Source: Chiloscyllium plagiosum (lineage: Eukaryota). From it: 24,182 bases of DNA. Below are positions 1-9,843 of this stretch, one piece after another (position 1 is the first letter of the stretch; each line of letters begins with the position of its first letter). The DNA is taken from positions 70,188,944 through 70,213,125 of the forward strand of contig NC_057711.1 in NCBI RefSeq assembly GCF_004010195.1. The letters are read 5' to 3'. Under the pieces are notes generated by a model. It made no database searches. It saw only the letters and a program-made list of their open reading frames with translations, and had not been told where the DNA came from. The position numbers and the translations under genes were made by a program.

Positions 1-371
1 CTGGGAGAATGTTACTCTTTATAATGTATGACTCATTATTTTTCAGTTCATGTTGGTGCGGGCACCTGTGAATTGAACCTCATGGTTTGACAACTAGTGA
101 TATCAGCAATTGGTTAACTGAGTGAAACAGATGAATATTACCATGTAATTTTGATTCTATGTGAGTTGCATGTGCTTTCAGGTAGCTATCCAGTTATACA
201 ATAGAGATCTATATTACCAATATGAGGACAGTAAATAAGCAGTGCATGAATATGTGAAAACAAATCAGTATGAAACAACATGTTTATGAATGAAAACATA
301 TTTTTAATTTAGTACAATAAAATATATTTTATTTAAGTAAATAATAGACTATATATTTGGTTATTTTCTAG

Positions 372-548
372 GCCTTACCAGTGTGGACACTGCTCTCAGT
401 CATTCTCCCAGCCTTCAGAATTAAGGAATCATGTTGTAACCCACTCCAGTGACAGACCTTTTAAATGTGGGTACTGTGGACGTGCCTTTGCTGGAGCTAC
501 AACATTGAACAATCACATTCGAACACATACAGGGGAAAAACCATTTAA
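372..548 (+). CDS. PRDM6: Internal (penultimate) coding exon of PR/SET domain 6, encoding two C2H2 zinc fingers
   Basis: Acceptor ttattttctAG (370-371) and donor GTAAGT (549-554); 177 nt, phase 2 at both ends. Translates as (R)[58 protein letters not shown](K), which matches vertebrate PRDM6 zinc fingers as I recall them. Confidence 0.95.
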
Positions 549-2204
549 GTAAGTAACCTTAACAAGGTATAGTAATTACTGACTTGAGACCTTATTGTGG
601 CTGAACAACGCTTTCTCTATAATCACTGCAAGTTTTTCTGTGCTGTAATTAATTTTATTTAAATCTGAAGTCCAATTAAGATAATGTATTTTGCTTTTTG
701 TTGATGTCTAATAGAGGTTCCTTGATGACAGTGAGTGCAGATACAAATTTCCTGACAACAAGGGCAATTCAAATTTGTGACTAGGTTCAAGGCCTATTTC
801 GTGAGCTGAACTTGTTGTTTAATGTAACCCACATACAATTCAGAAATAGAAGCATCATATTTTCTCTTCAATAATATTTCACATTCAAAATAAAGAGGGT
901 CAGATTATTGTTCAGATTGGAAATTCTTGTCAAGTGCGAGGGAGCTGAAAATAGAACCTTAGCACTGTTGCAAACTCAACATAACTCACACTGATACATA
1001 AATACAGTCAAAGAAACACATACTTTAAAAAGTCTTATGTCTGAGCAATCTAAGAATCCAAGTCTTTGAAAAGAGATTTCTAGCAAGAAGGGTCATGTGC
1101 TATGCAGCAACATATCAGTATTAGCTATGTTTAGCATTACACAAATTCTTCTTCCCTGGTTAGAAGTATTCATTTTTCAACAGGGGACTGTACAAACATA
1201 TGAATATGTGATTATGAGAATTTAGAGATCATTTGGACACTCAGGGCACATAATTGACATGCTTCACTTGAAAATTTGTGCTCTGCCTAGAGGATCTCAA
1301 TGCAAATTTTGTCATGAAACATTAATTGCCCCATGGCATTTAAATAGATCTATAATAGTGTGAATTTTGTATTCTGCATGGGTATTGATGCCAGTGAAGA
1401 ATTGGCAACTGAGGACTGGCAATCCAGAAGAAATTATTGGTGACAGATATTACATACGTCATCTTCTAGTCAATGGTTTAGGTCAGTACTCTTATTGAAA
1501 ATGGGCGAAATCCACAACATAATCAACCCAAGCACAATACTCTGATATTTTAACAGAGAATGCACTGTGCCCTGAGGTATAAACAGTTGAGTTCAAACTT
1601 ATATTGGCCTGAGAAATTGAGCTGCTTATCAGTGAAGTAACTTCTGTGGGGTGCTGACTTGAACTTTGCATTTGTGACAGTTGGAATGTTCAGTTCAGTT
1701 GGTATTTTGTGTATTTTTCTAGGCTTTAGTCCAAATTATTGCTCGCAGAATTTATGATCGTGACAAATAGATTTTTGTACATGGGAATTGCAATGGGCTT
1801 CACCCTTTTTTTCTGTTATTTGAAGAGGGATAAGGAAGACTGAATGGTAGAATCATCAGAGGCAGATTTCCCCACTTGTCCTAATCTACACAGCTGTACC
1901 TACAGACACAGACATACGTATTTGGAGATGTTGAAAGGAAATAGTCACCCAGGCCGAATTCCAGACTACCTCTTTTGGGGATGTAGTGCAGGAAACAGCC
2001 AATACCACCACAGCCTTTAAATGTCCCTCATACTCATTCCAAGCCGTAAATGGGACCCAGCAAAAGGAGTACCATTTCTGCTCCACCAATATCCAGTCAC
2101 CTTGAAGCAGAAACATTGAGTTGAACCCCAGCTTTCCATATAGAAATCATGGCATCTTTCCTGAAGAGATTCTTGTATACATGGACTGTACAATGGAAAA
2201 AGCA

Positions 2205-2332
2205 GGCAGCAAAGATGATCTGTTTTTTGTGATGTTGATTGAGAGACAATTATTGACCAGAATACTAGAGATGACTCTCTTGGCCTTGAAATCGTGCTAA
2301 GCAGGCCCTTAGTTAATATCTCAGTTGAATGA
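2205..2332 (-). mobile_element. DeuSINE (SacSINE1-like) Deu-domain fragment
   Basis: atctgttttttgtgatgttgattgagagacaattattgaccagaatac resembles 10232-10280 in this window and the recalled SacSINE1 core. Confidence 0.7.
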
Positions 2333-2851
2333 AATAAAATGCAATCAAACTGCATTAAGTACAAGCAAGGAATGTATGTGGTTACTAGATTCGATCGCCT
2401 GGTCCTTTTGGTTGTGTTTGACAAAGAAGGAATGTATGTTAAAATGCTGTTAGTAAACAGGTCTGCTGTTCAGTAGCAATAATAATGAGGATCATGTGCT
2501 GGTTTGCTCGAAGAATGCAAATGATTGAATAGTTGACTGCCTGGGGGATAAACCAGGGAGTTGGAAGAATAACATGTAATGGGGAGAATACTAACCCTGG
2601 GATGTGAAGAGGCTCCTGGCTTCATCATGGTCTTCAACCTGCATGTTCTCATATTTGAAGTTGCCAAGCATGGCATGTTCAAACTATCTTAAAGGCCCAA
2701 AACTGGGGTCCATTCTCTGTTTGGGTTGCTTTCTTTCTGCTACATGCTGTCTTGTGTGACAAACAGTGAAGTTGTATTGAGTGTTGGAAATTTGGGTGAA
2801 CTTTAGAATGAAGTATTTCACAAATCCTCAACTTAGAGTCTTAGTCAGGGT

Positions 2852-3168
2852 TTAGATTAGATTAGATTAGATTACAGTGTGGAAACAGGCCCTTCGGCCC
2901 AACAAGTCCACACCGACCCGCCGAAGCGAAACCCACCCATACCCCTACATTTACCCCTTACCTAACACTACAGGCAATTTAGTATGGCCAATTCACCTAA
3001 CCTGCACATCTTTGGATGGTGGGAGGAAACCGGAGCACCCGGAGGAAACCCACGCAGACACGGGAGAACGTGCAAACTCCACACAGTCAGTCGCCTGAGG
3101 CGGGAATTGAACCTGGGTCTCTGGCACTGTGAGGCAGCAGTGCTAACCACTGTGCCACCGTGCCGCCC
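2852..3168 (-). mobile_element. HE1-type V-SINE, full length
   Basis: Minus strand: tRNA-derived head GGGCGGCACGGTGGCACAGTGGTTAGCAC with B-box GGTTCAATTCC, V-domain GTGGAGTTTGCACGTTCTCCC...GGGTTTCCTCCGGGTGCTCCGGTTTCCTCCCAC, CR1-derived tail GGGCCTGTTTCC and (AATCT)n end. Confidence 0.95.
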
Positions 3169-3208
3169 ACTAAGTGAGGTGAAATGAACACACTGTGTGG
3201 TGTTAAGG

Positions 3209-3330
3209 GCCTGGTCTAGCCTATAAGTGATAGCAATATTGTTGATTTTTAATTGCACTTTGAAATGGCCCTAGAAGGTCTTTCAACTCAAGAGAGAATT
3301 GTAGATGGCCTATGAGTACTGGCCCAGGCC
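3209..3330 (+). mobile_element. Degenerate 3' half of a shark tRNA-SINE with a tail related to the LINE family at 10818 and 19299
   Basis: cctggtctagcctataagtga...gttgatttttaattgcactttgaaatggccctag...ctcaagagagaattgtagatggcctatgagtactggccc. The tail resembles the reverse complement of 10857-10895. Confidence 0.55.
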
Positions 3331-3727
3331 CTTCAATGACAGAAAAGCCGTGTTCATATCCTTAACCAGCCCTTTGCCAATCAAGCAGACTGTTTATATG
3401 GCATCTGCAGCTTTTCAGGACTAGTAATTCATCTTTGAATTGGTTGTGCGTAATTCATTAGCTTGACTGAAAAAGTTGGCAAAGTTGATCCCGTACAAAA
3501 TTTACTGGAACTAAGTCCTGCCACTTCAATGCCAGCTGGGAATATTTATTCTGTTTATCATCACACTAAAGTGGTAAATGGTACATTGTCCCAAAATATT
3601 TGGTTGAATCAGCACTAGTAAATTCATTGTAAAGTTGTTGCAATGTGTTCCAGTGCTAAATGTGCTACAGGAACAAAGTCCAAAAAATAAACCTTTATCA
3701 AACGTCACCAACACATTCTAATTTGTA

Positions 3728-3888
3728 CAAAAACCAAATACTGCAGATGCTGGAAATCTAAAATAAGAACTGTTCTACTGAAAGTTCAGTGACCTGATAT
3801 GTTAACTCTGTTTTGTTCCATAGATGCTGGCTGACCTGAGATTTTACAACCCTTTTTGTTCTTATTACATTTTAAGCAGTTCTAAGTA
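3728..3888. mobile_element. Penelope-like terminal repeat relic: short inverted piece plus direct copy with a decayed hammerhead
   Basis: aaatactgcagatgctggaaatctaaaataagaac is followed by gttctactgaaagttcagtgacctgatatgttaactctg...gttcttatt. AATAAGAAC and GTTCTTATT are reverse complements. Confidence 0.65.
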
Positions 3889-4258
3889 CCAATGTATTGC
3901 AGACAGCTGGATCTGTACACTGTAAACCTTAGGAAGATTCATGGAAACACTTCAACAATCTGATTGATTTTAACCAAGTTACTGTGTAAATAGATTTTTA
4001 TAATTAATTGAAGAGGTTTCGGGGTCAGAATGGAAAATAGATTTCTTTTAATCTAAAGGCGTTACTTACGAGTGACCTTGTTGGTGCTTTTTCAACACCT
4101 TATTCCTGTCATCCATTGAGAAGTGTCATGATGCAAGAGGGGCTTATTGTGGCAAAGCGAGTGACAATGTTTCCTAATTTTTTTTAAGCTGGTCATATAT
4201 TTGATTGCTAACCTTTGGAATGCATCAACATATTGTAATTTATGAAAATTAAATGTAT

Positions 4259-4576
4259 GGCAACACTGTGGATCAGTGGTTAGCACTGCTGCCTTGCAGC
4301 GCCAGAGACCTGGGTTTGATTCTAGCCTTGGGCAACTATCTGTATGGAGTTTGTACATTCTCTCAGTGAATGCATGGGTTTCCTCCGGGTGCTCTGGTTT
4401 CCTCCTACAGTCCAAAGATGTACATTTTAGGTGGACTAGCCATACTAAATTGCCCCGTAGTGTCCAGGGATGTACGGGCTAGGTGGATTACCATGGTAAA
4501 TGTGGGGTTACAAGGATAGGGTGGGAAGCTGGGTCCAGGTAGGATGCTCTTCAGAGGGTTGGATGCAGACTTGATG
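4259..4576 (+). mobile_element. HE1-type V-SINE of a longer subfamily, lacking the 3' tail
   Basis: Head cagtggttagcactgctgcc and V-domain gggtttcctccgggtgctctggtttcctcc. Internal duplication gatgtacattttaggtggactagccat (about 4417) / gatgtacgggctaggtggattaccat (about 4469). Confidence 0.9.
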
Positions 4577-5001
4577 TACATGTGTTGTGTGTATATATAC
4601 TAAATGAAACTTGACAACTTTTACATAGTCAACCTCTTTAATTATCCATTGGCAATTCCCAGAAAAATTACTTCTCTTAAAGACTGCAGATACCATTTAA
4701 AGGGATTCATAAATGTTTGATGGACAAAGTTGGATAGGATTGGTCATCAGCGGACTCTGTTTATTGGGTACCCGATCTTCTTGAATACACTGTATAGGTA
4801 CTTAGCTTCTGCTGCTTGTAGTTCCCAAGAAAATTCCTAGAAGCATGGCATTCCAACCGGAACTCTATCAACAAACACATTGACTTGGACCCCAGCTACC
4901 ATCCTCTGAGAAAAAGAACTGGAAATGACATCACCAAACACTCAAATAAACCGAAACACATAAATAGAAAGTGAGACATAACACCTGTACTTCACCAGAG
5001 G

Positions 5002-5042
5002 CTCATTGATGATGTTATCTAGTATGATGACGAAACAGTCTG
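5002..5042 (+). ncRNA. Minimal hammerhead ribozyme motif, copy 1 (core C3->U mutated)
   Basis: ctca-TTGATGA-t-GTTATC tagtat GATGAC-GAAA-ca-GTC-tg; stem II 5014-5019 pairs with 5026-5031. Confidence 0.7.
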
Positions 5043-5616
5043 CCGATTCTGAAACAAATCCAAACAAGAAAACACAACACACTCAGAAACTCTAGCTACA
5101 CTACCATACATCAAAGACATCTCTGAAATGACTACCAGATTATTCCAATACCTTGGCATCATGGTAGTTCATAAACCTACCAGCACACTCAAACAGCAGC
5201 TGATGAACCTAAAGGACCCTGTACCAACAAACAGCAAAACGAATGTCATTTGCACAATACCATGCAAGGACTGTAACAAACACTACATCAGACAGACATG
5301 CCGAAAACTAGCCACCAAGATACACGAACACCAACTAGCCACCAAAGGACATGATCCACTATCATTACTATCCTTACATACAAACAAAGAAGGACCCCAC
5401 TTTGTCTGGGACAATACATCCATTCTAGGACAGGCTAAACAGAGACATGCACGGGAATTCCTCTAGCATTCAAACCAGAACTCCATCAATAAACACATTG
5501 ATTTGGACCCCATTTACCAACCTCTGAGAGAAAGAACCGGAAATGATATTACCCACCTTAAGTGACCAAGACAACTTAATAGAAAGTGGGACTTAACACC
5601 AGCGCTTCACTGGAGG

Positions 5617-5657
5617 CTTACTGATGATGTCACCTATCATGGTGATGAAACATCTGA
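5617..5657 (+). ncRNA. Minimal hammerhead ribozyme motif, copy 2 (core intact)
   Basis: ctta-CTGATGA-t-GTCACC tatcat GGTGAT-GAAA-c-ATC-tga; stem II 5629-5634 pairs with 5641-5646; NUH cleavage triplet at 5652-5654. Confidence 0.8.
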
Positions 5658-5705
5658 AAACAAACCTTCCAGCTCAGCGAGCAAACTTACAACCTGATAT
5701 ATATT

Positions 5706-6390
5706 TACTTAGGCCCTATTCTCTCTGTAGTTATTCTTTTTGCTTTAATATGGTTAAAGTACATCTTTGGATTCACCCTAATCTTCTCAGCTAATGCTAT
5801 CTTGTGCCTTCTTTTCGGCCTCCTGATTTCCTTCTTCAGTAAACTCTTGCATTCCCTGTGTACCTCCAGGGACTCCCTTGATCCCAGTTGCTTTAGCCAA
5901 GCCATGCCTAATTATTTTTTCTGGTCAAAGTCTCAATATCTCTTGTCATCCAGGGTTCCCTATTACTGCTATCCTTGCCCTTCAACCTCACAGGAACATA
6001 TAGAGCTTAAACTCTAGCTATCTCACTTTTAAAGGCCTCCCACTTGCCAGAGGTCCTTTTGCCTGCAAATAAACTGCTCCATTCAATTCCTGCAAGCTCC
6101 TGTCTAATTCAATCAAAATTTGCCTTGCCCCAATTTAGTGTTTCCATGAATCTTCCTAAGGTTTACAATGTCTATCTCCATAACTATTGTAAAATTAATA
6201 GAACTGTGGTCACTGGTCCTAAAGTGCTGTCCACTGTCATCTCTGTCACCTGTCCCGCCCTATTTCCCAAGAGCAGGTCGGGTTTTGCCCCTTTCCGAAT
6301 AGGACGCTCTACATACTGCTTGAGGAAACTTTCCTGAATGCTCTTAACAACATCCACCTCATCTAAGTCCTTAACACTCTGGTCAAGTAG
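5706..6390 (-). mobile_element. CR1 (HER1-like) LINE ORF2 fragment: end of APE domain and linker
   Basis: Minus frames give FLKQYVERPIRKGAKPDLLLGNRAGQV (CR1 Q.V..PTR..A.LDL) and KKEIRRPKRRHKIALAEKIRVNPKMYFNHIKAKR...ERIGP. Confidence 0.9.
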
Positions 6391-6509
6391 ACACACTATC
6401 ACTACAGAAATTTTGTTAAATTGTGATTTCTACAAAAATAAATTGAGGATATTGCGTAAAAAAAAATGAAATTCAGGAAAGTGCTTGTTCAAAAAGTACT
6501 TTGTTAGAT

Positions 6510-7103
6510 GGATTATATAGGAGGTAGGAGATCATTTTACAGCTGTACAGGACATTGGTTAGGCTACTTTTGGAATTATGCATTCACTTCTGGTCTCCCT
6601 ACTATAAGAAAGATGTTGAGAAACTTAAAAGGGTTCAAAAAAGATTTACAGGGATGTTGCCGGGTTAGAAGGATTGAGCTACAGGAAGAGGCTGAATAGA
6701 ATGAAGCTAATTTCCCTGGAGCGTCGGAGGCTGAGGGGTGACCTTATACAGGTTTATAAAATCATGAGGAGCTTAGATAAGTTAAATAGTCAAGGTCTTT
6801 TCCCCAGTGTGGAGGAGTCCAAAAATAGAAAGCATAGATTTAAGGTGAGAGAGGAAAGATTTAGAAGGGAGCTAAGGGGCGACTTTTTCACACAGAAAGT
6901 GTTGTGTGTATGGAATGGGCTGCCAGAGGAAGTGGTGGAGGCTGGTACAATTACAGCATTTAAAAACATCTGGATGGGTGTATGAATAAGAAAGATTTAG
7001 AGGGACATGGGCCATAGGCTGGCAAATGGGGCAAGATTAATTTAGGATATCTAGTCATCGTGGATGGGCCTGTTTCCATGCTGTAGATCTCTATGACTCT
7101 ATA
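6510..7103 (+). mobile_element. CR1 (HER1-like) LINE 3' end
   Basis: LQLYRTLVR...FWSPYYKKD...RVQKRFTGMLPG and SLERRRLRGDLIQVYKIM...FFTQKVLCVWNGLPEEVVEA; ends gggcctgtttccatgctgtagatctctatgactcta. Confidence 0.95.
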
Positions 7104-7149
7104 AGACTTCCTATTGCAAAGAATGAAATCCCAATATTTGTTAAAGCTT

Positions 7150-8015
7150 TAGTAAAGAGGAGTAAGGAAGAGGAGGTGCCAGAGACAGGAATCCAAAGCA
7201 CCCAGTGGAGTAGGCCAGAAGACTCCAAGACAGGTAATTGCTGAGAGCCTAGAGAAGTGGTCGAGCCGGGTCCCTGGGATAGGAATCAGCAGCGTCCAGA
7301 GGAGAAATTGAGAGGAGGATCTCAGGATAGTGATTTGAAAGAAACAGTGAACAATAACATCACAGGAAAGCTGTAGATTGAAAATATCAAGTTTGAGTAG
7401 AACAAAGATTGTTTAGATTAGAAACTAGAGACTTCAAAACAAATTTGAAGAAGAAGAATAATTGATAAAATGAGATAATTAATGAACTAAAACACATTAA
7501 GGATAGTGGAATAGGGGATGTGTTGTGAAACAAAACATGGTACCTTCTGGACAGTAGGATAAACATGTCTGTCTGCAACTCTAAGAGCTTCAGCTCAGAA
7601 TCATTGAACAGACGGCTAAGCTGTGAACCTGTGGCACATCTGGGACAGGGACCATTAACTGGACACTTTGTCCTAGGCGATGGTCATATCTCTTAGGAGA
7701 AGGTCTTCTGACTTGGCCAGTGGTCTAATTTGGCCTCATGGGTACCAACAAAATAGATAGGACTAGGAATAAGATTCTGCTGAGGGAATGTGAGTAGCTA
7801 GGGGCAAAATTGAAAACCTTTGAGATGATATTTTCTGGCTTACAACCTGATCCACAAGCAAGTATTGATGTTGATTAAGTAAAATGAGTGAGTTTAACAT
7901 GTGGATCAAAAAATGGTGAGGGAGAAGTGGGCTTCAGATTATGGGCCATTGCACTGGGGAAATTGGGAGCTGGGCACATTAGGACAGCACATATCTGAAC
8001 CAAGCTGGAGCCATG
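7150..8015 (+). mobile_element. Old CR1 5' region and ORF1 relic (zipper region plus SGNH esterase)
   Basis: From 7561, with frameshifts: KHVCLQL*ELQLRIIE...LDTLS*AMVISLR. From 7741: GTNKIDRTRNKILLRECE*LGAKLK...IFSGLQPDP...FNMWIKKW*GRSGLQIMGH...LNQAG. These match CR1 ORF1 GTND and DGLHL-region esterase blocks. The left boundary is approximate. Confidence 0.75.
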
Positions 8016-8729
8016 CTTGCCACACTCTCAATGTATGATTCCTGACACCTCATTACATATTAGGAGCCCTCAGCAGAATGCATTTCCTTCTGCATTTGCT
8101 GATGAATCTGTGTTGGCATTAAGGCTAGTTTGTAAAAAAAGAGTGGGAATGAAGGGACATGAGAATTGAGGGAGAAAAAGTTGAAAAATGAAGCCAGTGC
8201 CAGACGTAACAAAGTAGAGGCAGTAGCTGGCACAGTTTTGAGTGAGGTGGTATGGATGGATACTTGTAGCAAAAATACTAAGTCACTAGGGTTAGAAACG
8301 AAATAGAAAAGTTAAAGAGAGATGATCTATATCTTTCTTTCCATTTTCAATGCTATCTGCCATCTGAGAATCAATAAAAAGTGCATGAATATATAAGATG
8401 TTGAATAACACATAATTTTAGGATACGTTATGTGACATTAAATTTAAGAACGAAGAGTAGAATTCAGACAATACTGACAATACCATACCTGATTTTTTGG
8501 CGATTAAACAGGCGCTAATTAGCTAGGAAAGGAGTCAGGATTGGGATAAGAAACTCGGTAGAATTTATGCCATTAAGTAGCATTTAGTGCAGAAGTGTAC
8601 TCACAATAATGTCAAGTGTACAAAATCATATGGATGAAGGAATCTTTTTGTCAAAGTTTAGCTTATTCATTTAAGCTAATTTTCAAAAGAATACTGATAT
8701 TTGGAGTTTTATTTTTGTTTAGAAAGTAT

Positions 8730-9113
8730 TTTCTGAAATGTTAGCAGAAGCAGATTCAATTATAACTTTGAAAGGGAATTGAATAAGTTCTTGAGTTATG
8801 GGGAAAAGATTATGTGGAACTGATTGATCAGCTCTTTCAAAGAGTGAGAGACAAAAAAAACAGCAGATACTGGAATCCAAAGTAGACAGACAGGAGACTG
8901 GAAGAACACGGCAAGCCAGGCAGCATCAAGAGATGGTGAAGTCGATGTTTCGTGCGTAACCCATCTTATACCTGAAAGGTCGACTTCTTCACATCCTGAT
9001 GCTGCCTGGCTTGCTGTGTTCTTCCAGCCTCCTGCCTGTCTACTTTCAACGGGTGACACAGGCAAGATCAGTCGAATGATCACTTTATTTTGTAAGATTC
9101 TATGGTTCCATAG
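8730..9113 (+). mobile_element. Old CR1 3' end interrupted by a palindromic insertion
   Basis: gaagcagattcaattataactttgaaagggaattgaataag...gctctttcaaagag [insert] gacacaggcaagatcagtcgaatg...tgtaagattctatggttccatag. Confidence 0.7.
8850..9046. mobile_element. Head-to-head inverted Penelope-type terminal repeat pair (long hairpin) with truncated hammerheads
   Basis: Arms 8879-8959 and 8966-9046 are near reverse complements around a 6-nt spacer. Each arm contains GAAA-n-(A/G)TC-GAC near the centre. The left arm extends outward with aaaacagcagatactggaatcc. Confidence 0.8.
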
Positions 9114-9834
9114 CTTAAAATTTTCTTTAAGTCTTAATGAGCACCAGTGAATGAAATTAGGCTGCAATTAACTGACATGAGACCAGCTTTGCAAAATCAC
9201 ATTTCAGAAGTGATTTTGTTTTTAATGAGAATTTTTCTTCTATTGCATGTTTGACATCGGTGCAACACACAATCTACTTTTACCAAAGAAACAAGAAAAG
9301 TAGGAAGCAAGGCTTGGATTTGTAGCCATTCATCGTCTTCATAATTCTGACCATATATTGACTTCACATATAATGGAATTGGAAGGACAAATTAAGTCCA
9401 GTATCTGGGGTTCTGTGAGCAGGAGAAATAAATTATAATTTTGACTCTCGTTAGATTAAGAACTGCTGGTTTGATTGACTATAGACAACTTTAATTATTT
9501 ATGTACTGACAATATCCAATGATCAATTGTTAAACACAGTGGGATTTCCAATGTAGAGATGAGCAGCAGGAATCTCTGGATTTATTTTGCTGCATTTGCT
9601 CATGGTAGTGAAAAGTTGGTACTTTCGTTCCCAAAAGAAACTATTGCATTTTCTGGCTGATGGATGAGACCCAGGAAATCCATTGGAACCCCTTTTACCA
9701 GATCCCCTCTTCACCTATAAAACATCCTTTGCCTAATCTGCTAAACTGGCGGAAATGTTCTTGCCACATAATGTGTGGATTTTCATACAAGAGTAGGTGC
9801 TTAATGGTCCTTGTTTGATTTTCTGCCTGTTTAG

Positions 9835-9843
9835 GACAGCATT
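9835..9843 (+). other. Candidate 9-nt in-frame microexon of PRDM6
   Basis: gcTTAAT branch-like motif (A9804), AG-free pyrimidine tract tggtccttgtttgattttcTGCctgtttAG, exon GACAGCATT, donor GTAAGTA. Splice signals only; no expression data. Confidence 0.35.

Larger units (their letters stand above)
4832..5697 (+). mobile_element. 5'-truncated Penelope-like retroelement (GIY-YIG endonuclease region) with partial tandem terminal repeat
   Basis: ORF 5128-5466 has NVICTIPCKDCNKHYIRQTCRKLATKIHEH, a decayed VIY..PC..C...YIGQT.R.L..R..EH GIY-YIG motif, preceded by TLPYIKDISE. A direct repeat of about 200 bp lies at 4832-5042 and 5456-5656. Confidence 0.92.

Noticed and set aside
549..894. In-frame TAA at 550-552 plus AATAAA at 889-894 as a truncated isoform
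   Set aside because: Any phase-2 GTAA donor creates this stop, and AATAAA is common in AT-rich introns. There is no independent support.
3100..3168. tRNA-like sequence with A and B boxes (also near 4259-4330, 10390-10457 and 18940-19008)
   Set aside because: These are SINE heads that continue into SINE bodies, not tRNA genes.
2877..3258. Overlapping ORFs at 2877-3258, 4092-4482 and 18804-19074 with similar peptides
   Set aside because: They are translations of HE1 SINE copies, not a gene family.
5706..7103. Head-to-head CR1 fragments as one twin-primed insertion
   Set aside because: They are separated by about 120 bp of unrelated sequence, the whole RT domain is missing between them, and no target duplication is visible. 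Independent insertions are simpler.
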